A DNA stretch of 64,000 bases, taken from NCBI GenBank assembly GCA_963749075.1, contig CAVVLJ010000017.1, positions 1,056,001 to 1,120,000 of the forward strand, written 5' to 3'. The translations under genes were made by a program, and so were the position numbers. Under the pieces are notes generated by a model, which was not told the origin of the DNA, ran no database searches, and worked only from the letters and a program-made list of their open reading frames with translations. Of the stretch, positions 50,979-61,764 are shown one piece after another. Each line of letters opens with the position of its first letter. Positions within the stretch are counted from its first letter, which is position 1. This DNA is from an uncultured Pseudomonadota bacterium (GTDB taxonomy: Bacteria > Pseudomonadota > Alphaproteobacteria > JACZXZ01).

Positions 50979-51845
50979 TCACAGCCGTGCGCCGTCCGCG
51001 TATTTCCAATAGAGCTCGCGCGCCTTGCGGTAGACCGGGCCGGGCTGAAAGTTGCGGCCGTCGACCTTCGAGCAGGCGAGCACCTTGGCGTAATTGCCGG
51101 TCGAGAACACCTCGTCGGCCGCCAGCACGTCGGCGTAGGTGACGCGCACCTCGCGCACCTCGGTGCCGGCGTCGCTGAGGAGCTGGGTCACGCGCTGGCG
51201 GGTGACGCCGGCCAAGAAGCAGCCGTTGAGCACGGGCGTCGCGGCGACGCCGTCCTTGACGGTGAAGAGGTTGGCGGAGGCGAACTCGGCGACGTTGCCC
51301 GAGGAATCGAGCATGACGGCGTTCTCGAAGCCGCGCTCGCGCGCATCCTTGAGCGCCCGCGAGACGTTGGGGTAGAGGCAGGAGGCCTTGGCCTCGGTCG
51401 GTGCCGTCTCGGGCGTGGGACGGCGGAAGGGCGAGAGGCAGGCGCTGAAGGGCACGTCCTTGGGCATGGGCGAATCATAGACGGTGAGCACGAAGCGCGT
51501 GGTCTCGGGATCGGGCTCGACGCCGCCGCCCTCGGCGAAGAACATGGGGCGGACGTAGAGCTCGGCGTCCGGCGGGAACTTGGCCACGGCCTCGCGCGCC
51601 AGGCGCTCGATCTCCGCCGCCGACACCTTGGGCTTGAGGCCCATGAAGAGCGCCGAGCGCACGGCGCGCTGGCAGTGGAGGCCGAGGTCCGGCACGCGGC
51701 GCTGGAAGGCGCGCGCGCCGTCGAACACGACGGCGCTCAGCCAGGCGGCCTGGGTGAGCGGCCCCATGATCATTGGATTGCCCTCGAGCCACTGGCCGTC
51801 GATGTAGCTCCAGGCCCGCTTGCCGGCTTCTCCAGCGGTAGACAT
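50979..51845 (-). CDS. Class IV (branched-chain amino acid-like) aminotransferase
   Basis: VFDGAR, LYVRP, AKASCLY, EFASANLF, LAGVTR. Confidence 0.9.
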   Translation of the reverse strand: MSTAGEAGKRAWSYIDGQWLEGNPMIMGPLTQAAWLSAVVFDGARAFQRRVPDLGLHCQRAVRSALFMGLKPKVSAAEIERLAREAVAKFPPDAELYVRPMFFAEGGGVEPDPETTRFVLTVYDSPMPKDVPFSACLSPFRRPTPETAPTEAKASCLYPNVSRALKDARERGFENAVMLDSSGNVAEFASANLFTVKDGVAATPVLNGCFLAGVTRQRVTQLLSDAGTEVREVRVTYADVLAADEVFSTGNYAKVLACSKVDGRNFQPGPVYRKARELYWKYADGARL

Positions 51846-51959
51846 GACTTTTCTGCTCCTCCGCGGCGTTTGCGCTGCCAGCATAGCGGCTGAGCGGCAC
51901 TTGTCCACCCGGCGGGTCTGCGCAGCAGGGTTGTGCGGGCCGCAACGGGCGGGCGGCCG

Positions 51960-53249
51960 TCAGGGCGCCGCCGGATCCCGGATGACGCCGTGGCGCAGCA
52001 AGGGCCGGCCGCCCGGCGCAAGCGGCACCGCGCGGGTGAAAATGGCGGCCTTGAGCTCGGCCGCGTGCCAGCCCGGATGGGCGAGGAGGAGGCGCGCCGC
52101 CAGTGCCGCCACGCGCGGTGCGGCATAGCTCGAGCCCGAGACGCGCTCGCTCTCGCCGGCGAAGCCGATGACCGGAATGTCCTCGCCGGGGACCGCGAGA
52201 TCGACCGTGCGCCACCCCCAGTTGGCATCCGCGGCGAGCCGGCCGGTGGCAGCATCGAGCGAGGTGACGGAGATCTTGTTGGCGAGATCGAGGGCGGCCG
52301 GAAAGACCGGCTTCTGATCGAGATCGCGGCCGTCGTTGCCGGCCGAGACGACGATGAGCATGTCCGGGTGGCGCATTGCCGCCGCGGCGAAGCTCTGCCA
52401 CTCGTCGCGGAAGTCGCTGCCGAGCGACATGGTGAGGATGCGCGCACCCTTGGCCGCCGCGTCGTCGACGAGGGAGGCTAAGCGGCTCATGTCCGGCCGC
52501 GGGTAGCGGTAGGGAATGAGGCGCACCGCGGGGGCCTCGCGAAGCAGCACGCTCGCGGTCTTGGTGCCGTGGCGCTCGGGAAAGAAGGGCGAGACCACGG
52601 GGTTGCGGTCGAAGGGCCGCCGGTCCATCGCCCAATAATCGTAGCCGAGTGCCGCACCCGAGACGTCGCGCGCGAGATGGCGGGCGATCTCGGGGAGGAG
52701 GTAATTGACCCCGGTATCGACCTGGGCCACGGTGACGCCGCCCGCATCGCGGCCCGGCGGCACGTCGGCCAAGAGGAGCTCGCGCCCGCCGGTGGGCGCC
52801 AGATCGCCGTCGAGGAGCTCGATCGATTGGGCCCGGCCGGCGGCGTCGTAGACGAGGCGCCGCCCGGCCTCGAGCGCGCAGTTGGGGCCGGCGGTCGCGG
52901 CGAGAAGCGGACGCGTCCGCCCGCGCCCCCGCGGCTCGTCATATTCGGCAATGAGGCTCGACACCACGCCGTCGCGCATGAAGCGCTCGAGCAGCAGCTG
53001 GCCGCCGCCCCTGAGCGCGAATGTCCACTTCGTGCCGATCGGCGGGCCGCGCTGCGGAATGGCCTCGCGCTTGCCCGCGGCGGCCCCGGGGAGGTCCGCC
53101 GCCATGGCCTGAGGGGAGCGCGGCCGGCCGTCGCAGCCGAGCCGCAGCGTCAGGCGCAACGTCGCCGCGATATCGGCGGGAGCCGCGGCCTCGGCCGCAC
53201 CGGCCACGACCGCCAATGCCAATGCCGCGGGCAAGAGCTTCTGCAACAT
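51960..53249 (-). CDS. Secreted S8 (subtilisin-like) peptidase
   Basis: Signal peptide; triad motifs VDTG, HGT, SGSSYAAP; oxyanion SAGN. Confidence 0.85.
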   Translation of the reverse strand: MLQKLLPAALALAVVAGAAEAAAPADIAATLRLTLRLGCDGRPRSPQAMAADLPGAAAGKREAIPQRGPPIGTKWTFALRGGGQLLLERFMRDGVVSSLIAEYDEPRGRGRTRPLLAATAGPNCALEAGRRLVYDAAGRAQSIELLDGDLAPTGGRELLLADVPPGRDAGGVTVAQVDTGVNYLLPEIARHLARDVSGAALGYDYWAMDRRPFDRNPVVSPFFPERHGTKTASVLLREAPAVRLIPYRYPRPDMSRLASLVDDAAAKGARILTMSLGSDFRDEWQSFAAAAMRHPDMLIVVSAGNDGRDLDQKPVFPAALDLANKISVTSLDAATGRLAADANWGWRTVDLAVPGEDIPVIGFAGESERVSGSSYAAPRVAALAARLLLAHPGWHAAELKAAIFTRAVPLAPGGRPLLRHGVIRDPAAP

Positions 53250-53328
53250 CGGGCGAGCTTGGCGATTGCGGGTGCCGCCGTAAAGAGCCGCGCTGGCGAG
53301 GGGGCGGCGATTGGGCTAGCTTCGCGCC

Positions 53329-54393
53329 ATGTCTTGGCCGGATGTCGCCCGCCTGGCTGCCGCCGCCCTGCGCCTGCTGCCGCCGGAGCACGCGCATGCG
53401 GCGACGATCCGGCTGCTCCGCTCCGGGCTCGCTTCGCGGCGGCGCGGCCGGGACGACGCCATCCTCGCGACGCGCGTCTTCGGCCTCGACTTCCCGAGCC
53501 CCATCGGGCTCGCCGCCGGCTTCGACAAGAGCGCCGAGGTGACGGCGGCACTGCTCGGCCTCGGCTTCGGCTTCGTCGAGGTCGGCACGGTGACGCCGCT
53601 GGCGCAGCCCGGCAACCCCCGGCCGCGCCTCTTCCGCCTCGCCGAGGACCGCGCCCTCATCAACCGGCTCGGCTTCAACAACGAGGGGCTCGAGGCCGTC
53701 GAGCGCCGCCTCGCCGCGCGCGAGCCGGGCCGCGGCATCGTCGGCGCCAATCTCGGCAAGAACAAGACGAGTGCCGACGCCGCGGCGGACTACCGCCGCT
53801 TGAGCGTGGCGCTCGCACCTTACGCGGATTACCTCGCCGTCAACGTCTCCTCGCCCAATACGCCGGGCCTGCGCGCGCTCCAGGGACGGGAGCCGCTCGA
53901 CGCCCTCCTCCGCGCGATTGCCGAGGGCCTCGAAGAGGCAGGGAGGAAGCGGCCGCCGCTCCTCCTCAAGATCGCACCGGATCTCTCGCCCGAGGACTGC
54001 CGCGACATCGCGGAAGTGGCGCTCGCGCGCGGGCTCGACGGGCTCATCATCGGCAATACCACGATTCTCCGCCCGCCCGGGCTCAAGGGCCGCTACCGCA
54101 ACGAGGCCGGCGGGCTCTCGGGAGCACCGCTCATGGCCGTCTCGACCGCACTCCTCGCCGAGATGCACCGCCTGACCGCGGGCCGCATTCCGCTCGTCGG
54201 TGCGGGCGGGGTGGCGAGCGGGGCTGACGCCTATGCCAAGATCCGCGCCGGCGCCTCGCTCATCGAACTCTATACGGCGCTCGTCTACGAGGGGCCGGGC
54301 CTCATAGCCCGCATCAAGGCCGAACTCGCAACACTCCTCCGTCGCGACGGCTTCAAGTCCGTGGCGGAGGCGGTCGGCGCGGGCAATCGCTGA
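53329..54393 (+). CDS. pyrD: Quinone-dependent dihydroorotate dehydrogenase
   Basis: LAAGFDK, NRLGFNN, NVSSPNTPGLR, KIAPD, GGLSG. Confidence 0.96.
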   Translation: MSWPDVARLAAAALRLLPPEHAHAATIRLLRSGLASRRRGRDDAILATRVFGLDFPSPIGLAAGFDKSAEVTAALLGLGFGFVEVGTVTPLAQPGNPRPRLFRLAEDRALINRLGFNNEGLEAVERRLAAREPGRGIVGANLGKNKTSADAAADYRRLSVALAPYADYLAVNVSSPNTPGLRALQGREPLDALLRAIAEGLEEAGRKRPPLLLKIAPDLSPEDCRDIAEVALARGLDGLIIGNTTILRPPGLKGRYRNEAGGLSGAPLMAVSTALLAEMHRLTAGRIPLVGAGGVASGADAYAKIRAGASLIELYTALVYEGPGLIARIKAELATLLRRDGFKSVAEAVGAGNR

Positions 54394-54454
54394 GCCCGCC
54401 CAGGCGCGCTTCCCCCTTCCCATGAGACGCCGTCCGTGGCAAAAGGCGCCCGCC

Positions 54455-55375
54455 ATGACCGCATCGCCATCCCTGAGCGGGAGTGCCGGGCGCCGGCCCG
54501 TGGCGATCCCCTTCTATCCGGGGATCGCCCCCATCGCCCCGCGCTACGACGGCTTCGTGCTCGACCTCTGGGGCGTGATCCATGACGGCGTGACGCCTTA
54601 TCCCGGCGTCGCCGACACGCTCCGGCACCTGAAAGCGCTCGGCAAGCGCGTCATCCTGCTCTCGAACGCGCCGCGGCGCGCTGCCGAGATCGTCAATGCC
54701 ATGGCGAGGAAGATGGGCATCGGCCGCGAGCTCTACGACGAGCTCATCTCCTCGGGCGAGGCCGCCTATTGGGCGATGCGCAAGCGCGAGGAGCCGTTCT
54801 TCGCGCACCTCGGCCATGCCTGCTATCTCATGGGACCGCCGCGCGACCACGGCATGCTCGACGGGCTCGAACTCCATCGCGTCGAGCGCATGGAGGAGGC
54901 CGAGTTCATCCTCGCGACCGGCGTCGACTGGGACGACGACAAGCTCGACATCTACGAGCCGGCGCTCGCGGTGGGCGCCAGGCGCGGGCTCCCGATGGTC
55001 TGCGCCAATCCCGATCTCGAGGTCATCCGCGGCGGCCGGCGCATCATCTGCGCGGGCACGCTCGGCAAACGCTACGAGGAGCTCGGCGGCAGCGTGCGCT
55101 ACTACGGCAAGCCGCATCTCCCGATCTACGAGATCCGCTTCGCCCATATGGGCATCGCGGATCGCGCGCGCATCGTGGCGGTGGGGGACTCCTTGCGCAC
55201 CGACATCGCGGGCGCCGAGGCGGCCGGCATCGCTTCCGTGCTCGTCACCGGCGGCCTCCACGCCGCGGAGCTCGGCATCGCCCACGGCGACCATCCCGAC
55301 CCTCAAGCGCTCGCCCAAGCCTGCGCCCGCGCCGGCCACATCCCGACCGCCGCCATCCCCGCCTTCGTGTGGTGA
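54455..55375 (+). CDS. HAD subfamily IIA hydrolase (TIGR01459-like)
   Basis: LDLWGVIHDG, LSNAPR, CANPD, GKPH, GDSLRTDI. Confidence 0.9.
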   Translation: MTASPSLSGSAGRRPVAIPFYPGIAPIAPRYDGFVLDLWGVIHDGVTPYPGVADTLRHLKALGKRVILLSNAPRRAAEIVNAMARKMGIGRELYDELISSGEAAYWAMRKREEPFFAHLGHACYLMGPPRDHGMLDGLELHRVERMEEAEFILATGVDWDDDKLDIYEPALAVGARRGLPMVCANPDLEVIRGGRRIICAGTLGKRYEELGGSVRYYGKPHLPIYEIRFAHMGIADRARIVAVGDSLRTDIAGAEAAGIASVLVTGGLHAAELGIAHGDHPDPQALAQACARAGHIPTAAIPAFVW

Positions 55376-55387
55376 GGGAGGGGTTCT

Positions 55388-55447
55388 TCCCTCTCCCGTT
55401 TACGGGAGAGGGAGGGGCCCAAGGCGAAGCCTTGGGAGGGTGAGGGA
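55388..55447. repeat. Palindromic intergenic element family A, half copy
   Basis: CCCTCTCCC..GGGAGAGGG then hairpin and GGGTGAGGGA, between convergent genes. Confidence 0.78.
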
Positions 55448-55465
55448 ACGCTCCCGCACAATCCC

Positions 55466-55810
55466 CTAATGATGGCTCCCGCGGAAGATGACCTCCGCCA
55501 TGCCCGTCTCGTAGGCGAGCGCGTCAGGCGTCAGCACGGCGCCCATGGGGTAGAGCGAGCGGATGAGGCCCTTGCGCTCGAGTGCCGTGAAGACGGCGGG
55601 GTTGGCGAGCCCGCTCGCGTCGCGCGCGAGGACGAGGTAAGCGCCCACGTGGAAATGGTCGCCGTGCGGGATGGGCAGCTGCGAGACCATGACGCTGCCC
55701 TCCTCGCCCCGCGGCGTCGCATGCTCCGGGTCGCGCGCGAGCTCCTGGAGCAGCGTGAGCGTCTTGAGCTGCAGCGTATTGAGGTTGAGCGGATTGCGCT
55801 TCCTGGTCAT
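55466..55810 (-). CDS. Hypothetical protein (winged-helix-like)
   Basis: MTRKRNPLNLNTLQLKTL, PHGDHFH, ALERKGL; GAAGGG RBS. Confidence 0.7.
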   Translation of the reverse strand: MTRKRNPLNLNTLQLKTLTLLQELARDPEHATPRGEEGSVMVSQLPIPHGDHFHVGAYLVLARDASGLANPAVFTALERKGLIRSLYPMGAVLTPDALAYETGMAEVIFRGSHH

Positions 55811-55923
55811 CGGGGTCCCTTCGCTCGCGGCGGTTCGGGTTAGCTTGGGCAAAGTGCCGTCCACGCGCAAGTGCCCCTCCGCCGCCCGCACCAGTGCAAT
55901 CGCATATGGCACCACATGGATTT

Positions 55924-56034
55924 CCTCGTCCTTCGAGACGGGCCTTCGGCCCTCCTCAGGATGAGGAAATCCCCCGGACGTCGGGGTCGCCTCACCCTGA
56001 GGAGCGCGCGAAGCGCGCGTCTCGAAGGGCGAGG
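55924..56034. repeat. Palindromic intergenic element family B, copy 2
   Basis: CCTCGTCCTTCGAGACG..CTCCTCAGG..CCTGAGGAG..CGTCTCGAAGGGCGAGG. Confidence 0.82.
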
Positions 56035-56108
56035 CGACCATATGCGACTGCCGTGCCTCCCGCACAGAGTCTTTGCCGCATCCGCGTGCGGCGCAGTATA
56101 ATTGCGCC

Positions 56109-58260
<2,152 letters not shown>

Positions 58261-58343
58261 GCGCGGGCGGTCGCGACGGACCCGGCCCGCTGTCCAAGGC
58301 GGCAAGGATCGCGGCTCTTTGTCACTTGGTCTTTCCGCGAAGA

Positions 58344-58370
58344 ATGACTATTATGACTATGTTGACCTAT
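58344..58370. promoter_or_regulatory. Direct-repeat operator candidate of TA module 1
   Basis: ATGACTA-TT-ATGACTAT-GT-TGACCTAT, about 9-bp period, just upstream of the antitoxin. Confidence 0.5.
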
Positions 58371-58389
58371 TAGCGGGAGCGCGATAGCC

Positions 58390-58644
58390 GTGGACGCCAA
58401 TGTTTGGACCGTCGCCGAGGCGAAGGCGAAGCTCAGCGAAGTCATCGAGAAGGCGCGGACGGGCGGGCCTCAGACCATCACGAGGAACGGCCGCACGGCC
58501 GTGGTCGTCGTGGCGGTCGAGGAGTGGGAGCGCAAGACGAAGCGCGTCGGCAATCTTGCTGACTTCTTTGCGGCTTCCCCGCTGCGAGGCTCGGGGCTGA
58601 AGAGCAAGCGCCTCGGGGACCGCCCGCGCAAGATCGATCTGTGA
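58390..58644 (+). CDS. Phd/YefM-family antitoxin
   Basis: W.VAEAKAKLSEVI, GPQTITRNG; GTGA overlap with the PIN toxin. Confidence 0.9.
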   Translation: MDANVWTVAEAKAKLSEVIEKARTGGPQTITRNGRTAVVVVAVEEWERKTKRVGNLADFFAASPLRGSGLKSKRLGDRPRKIDL

Positions 58645-59066
58645 GCTTTCTTCTCGACACGAACGTGGTCTCCGAGTGGGTCAAGCCGCGCCCCGATGCC
58701 GGCGTCGTCGCCTGGCTCGCCGCGGTCGACGAGGATCGGGTCTTCCTGAGCGTCATGACCTTCGCCGAGTTGCGCTACGGTATCGAGCGCATGGCGGCAG
58801 GCGGCCGCCGAAGGCGGTTCGAGGCATGGCTGAGCGAGGAGCTGCCGCTGCGCTTCGAGGGGCGGGTCCTGCCGATCGATAGCGCGATCGCGGACGCCTG
58901 GGGGAAGATCGTGGCGCTGAGCGAGGCGGCAGGGCGGCGGATCGGCGTCGCCGATGCCTTTATTGCGGCCACGGTCGAGGTTCACGGCCTGACGCTCGTC
59001 ACGCGCAACGTCTCGGACTTCGCACCGGCCCTCAAGACCATCGTCAATCCCTGGGCACAGGATTGA
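58641..59066 (+). CDS. vapC: VapC PIN-domain toxin
   Basis: LLDTNVVSE, ELRYG, DAFIAAT, VTRNVSDF, NPW. Confidence 0.92.
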   Translation: MSFLLDTNVVSEWVKPRPDAGVVAWLAAVDEDRVFLSVMTFAELRYGIERMAAGGRRRRFEAWLSEELPLRFEGRVLPIDSAIADAWGKIVALSEAAGRRIGVADAFIAATVEVHGLTLVTRNVSDFAPALKTIVNPWAQD

Positions 59067-59130
59067 GCGCGCTCCAAAGGCCGAGAACGCGCGCTGGCCT
59101 CGCGGCCCGGGACGAACTAACTTCTCCGCC

Positions 59131-61002
59131 ATGACGCCGCCCCGCCCGCAGCCCTCGCCGCGCCAGTCCGCCGTGGACGCCTGGCGCACCATCCGCACGC
59201 TCCTCCCTTACCTGTGGCCCAAGGGCGCCCTCGAGCTCAAGGTGCGCGTGGCCGCAGCGCTCCTCTGCCTCGTCGCGGCCAAGGGCGTCAACGTCTATGT
59301 CCCGATGCTCTACAAGCGCGCGGTGGACAGCCTCACGGCCGGCGCCGGCGGCCACGTCACCGCCGCGGCCACGGCAGCCGCCGGCGTGCCCATCGCCATC
59401 ATCCTCGCCTACGGCTTGGCACGCGTGACCGCACTCGTCTTCGGCGAGCTCAGGGACGCCATCTTCGCCAAGGTTTCGGCGCGCGCCATCCGCCAGGTGG
59501 CGCTCAGGGTCTTCGTGCATCTCCACCGACTGGCGCTGCGCTTCCATCTCGACCGGCGCACCGGCGGCATGATCCGCGCCATCGAGCGGGGCACGGCCGG
59601 CATCGAGTTCGCCTTGAGCTTCATGCTCTTCAACATCCTGCCGACGCTCGTCGAGATCGGCCTCGTCTGCGGCATCCTCTGGGCGCTCTTCGACGTATGG
59701 TTCGCCCTCGTCACCTTCGTCACCATCGCGGGCTACATCGCCTTCACCCTCATCGTCACCGAGTGGCGCACCAAATACCGCCGCCAGATGAACGAGACCG
59801 ATCAGGAGGCCAACACCAAGGCGGTCGACAGCCTGCTCAACTACGAGACGGTCAAGTACTTCGGCAACGAGGCGCACGAGGCGGGGCGCTACGAGCACGC
59901 GCTGGCGCGCTACGAGCGCGCCTCGATCCGCAACAAGGTGACGCTCTCGCTGCTCAACGTCGGCCAGGCGGCGATCATCGCACTCGGCCTCACGGTCATC
60001 ATGGTGATGGCGGGCCAGGGGGTGGTGGCCGGGCGCATGACCATCGGCGACTTCGTGCTGGTCAACACCTACCTCATCCAGCTCTACATCCCGCTCAACT
60101 TCCTCGGCTTCGTCTACCGCGAGATGCGGCAGTCGCTCATCGACATGGAGCAGATGTTCCGCCTCCTTACCATCGGCGCCGAGATCGAGGACGCGCCCGG
60201 CGCCAAGCCGCTTCAGGCACGCGGCGGCGAGGTCGTCTTCGACCACGTCTACTTCGGCTACGACGTGCGCCGGCCCATCCTCGAGGATGTCTCCTTCACC
60301 GTGCCGCCTGGACGCACCGTCGCCATCGTGGGGCCGAGCGGGGCGGGCAAGTCGACGATCTCGCGCCTCCTCTTCCGCTTCTACGACGCGAGCCAGGGCC
60401 GCCTCCTCGTCGACGGCCAGGACGTGCGCGGCCTCACGCAAGCGAGCCTGCGCGCCGCGATCGGCATCGTGCCGCAGGACACCGTGCTCTTCAACGACAC
60501 CATCTACTACAACATCGCCTACGGCCAACCGGGCGCTGCCCAGGCGGAAGTCGAGGAGGCGGCGCGGCTCGCGCGCATCCACGACTTCGTCTTGAGCCTC
60601 CCCGACGGATACAAGAGCATGGTGGGCGAGCGCGGCCTCAAGCTCTCGGGCGGCGAGAAGCAGCGCGTCGCCATCGCGCGCACCATCCTGAAGCGCCCGC
60701 TCATCCTCCTCTTCGACGAGGCGACCTCGGCGCTCGATTCCAAGACCGAGCGCGAGATCCAGGCCTCGCTCCGCGAGGTCTCGACCGACCGCACGACGCT
60801 GGTCATCGCCCACCGGCTCTCGACCGTGATCGAGGCCGACGAGATCCTCGTGCTCGAGGAGGGCCGCATCGTCGAGCGCGGCCGCCACGGCGAGCTCTTG
60901 GCACGCAACGGCAGCTACGCCGCCATGTGGCGGCGCCAGCAGGAGGCGGCCGAGCAGGGGCTCGTCGAGCCCGAGGAGCTGCGCGCGAGCGCTGCGGGCT
61001 GA
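59131..61002 (+). CDS. Atm1/ABCB7-type ABC exporter
   Basis: FHLDRRTG, DSLLNYETVKYF, PLNFLG.VYR, GPSGAGKS, LSGGEKQR. Confidence 0.92.
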   Translation: MTPPRPQPSPRQSAVDAWRTIRTLLPYLWPKGALELKVRVAAALLCLVAAKGVNVYVPMLYKRAVDSLTAGAGGHVTAAATAAAGVPIAIILAYGLARVTALVFGELRDAIFAKVSARAIRQVALRVFVHLHRLALRFHLDRRTGGMIRAIERGTAGIEFALSFMLFNILPTLVEIGLVCGILWALFDVWFALVTFVTIAGYIAFTLIVTEWRTKYRRQMNETDQEANTKAVDSLLNYETVKYFGNEAHEAGRYEHALARYERASIRNKVTLSLLNVGQAAIIALGLTVIMVMAGQGVVAGRMTIGDFVLVNTYLIQLYIPLNFLGFVYREMRQSLIDMEQMFRLLTIGAEIEDAPGAKPLQARGGEVVFDHVYFGYDVRRPILEDVSFTVPPGRTVAIVGPSGAGKSTISRLLFRFYDASQGRLLVDGQDVRGLTQASLRAAIGIVPQDTVLFNDTIYYNIAYGQPGAAQAEVEEAARLARIHDFVLSLPDGYKSMVGERGLKLSGGEKQRVAIARTILKRPLILLFDEATSALDSKTEREIQASLREVSTDRTTLVIAHRLSTVIEADEILVLEEGRIVERGRHGELLARNGSYAAMWRRQQEAAEQGLVEPEELRASAAG

Positions 61003-61005
61003 GGC

Positions 61006-61407
61006 TCAGGCGGCGAGGAGATCGACCCCAGCCTCGCGCGCGGCTGCGGCCAGCGCGCGGTCGAGGGTCGCCAGTGGAATCCGTTCCGAGAGGGCCAAGC
61101 CCAAATAGCTGGCGTCATACACCGTGAGGCCATGCGTCCTCGCGAGCGCCAAAACTCCGCTGCCGTCGGGCAATTCAAGGCGGATTGGCAAGCCGGAGAG
61201 GTGAGTCAAAGCCGTCGCCGTGGCGCTGGGAACAATGCGTCGACGCCGTTCCTGCATGACGAGCAAATTGCGGAGCTCGTACCAGAACAAGGTCGGCGCC
61301 AAACAGGGCCCCTCTGCGAGGCGCTCGAGCGCCGTGTTCGCAACGGCCGAGCGCTCGTCCGTCAGGTACCAAGCGGCAGCGACCGAGGCGTCGAGCACGA
61401 ATGCCAT
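61006..61407 (-). CDS. vapC: VapC PIN-domain toxin
   Basis: FVLDAS, YELRN, LTVYDASYL, LATLD. Confidence 0.88.
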   Translation of the reverse strand: MAFVLDASVAAAWYLTDERSAVANTALERLAEGPCLAPTLFWYELRNLLVMQERRRRIVPSATATALTHLSGLPIRLELPDGSGVLALARTHGLTVYDASYLGLALSERIPLATLDRALAAAAREAGVDLLAA

Positions 61408-61644
61408 CAGCGGCGCCCGAAATTCTTCGAACTCGATGATCTCCTCGATCGTAATTTTCGGCCACTTGGCGCGCTCCTTGCGGATGGCCGCGATGATCTC
61501 CTTCACGCTCCTTTGCTCGATGGGTGCAAGGCGTGCCACAGGCCGCCCGGCATGGGCGATGACGACCTCCTCGCCGGCCTCGGCCTTGTGGATGAGCTCC
61601 GAGAGGCGCGTCTTCGCCTCGCCGATGTTGACGGTGATGGTCAT
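61407..61644 (-). CDS. Phd/YefM-family antitoxin, fused in frame to VapC as sequenced
   Basis: VNIGEAKTRLSEL, EVVIA..G.PVARL; removing base 61428 gives FKNFGRR-stop with a TGATG overlap. Confidence 0.82.
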
Positions 61645-61686
61645 GGCGAACCTCGACCCGACGATCAGCTTCCGGCTGCAAGATAG

Positions 61687-61710
61687 GCTTGACCAAGTGC
61701 TTGGTCAAGC
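61687..61710. promoter_or_regulatory. Perfect inverted repeat, likely TA autoregulatory operator
   Basis: GCTTGACCAAG-TG-CTTGGTCAAGC between the divergent antitoxin and meaB. Confidence 0.65.
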
Positions 61711-61764
61711 TCTGCGGCGGCGTCATCCATGGCGGCCCTTGCCGATTTCCGCTAGGACAAGGCC

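Noticed and set aside
44655-56034. Repeats considered as CRISPR or IS ends
   Set aside because: Dispersed, no regular spacers, no cas or transposase genes
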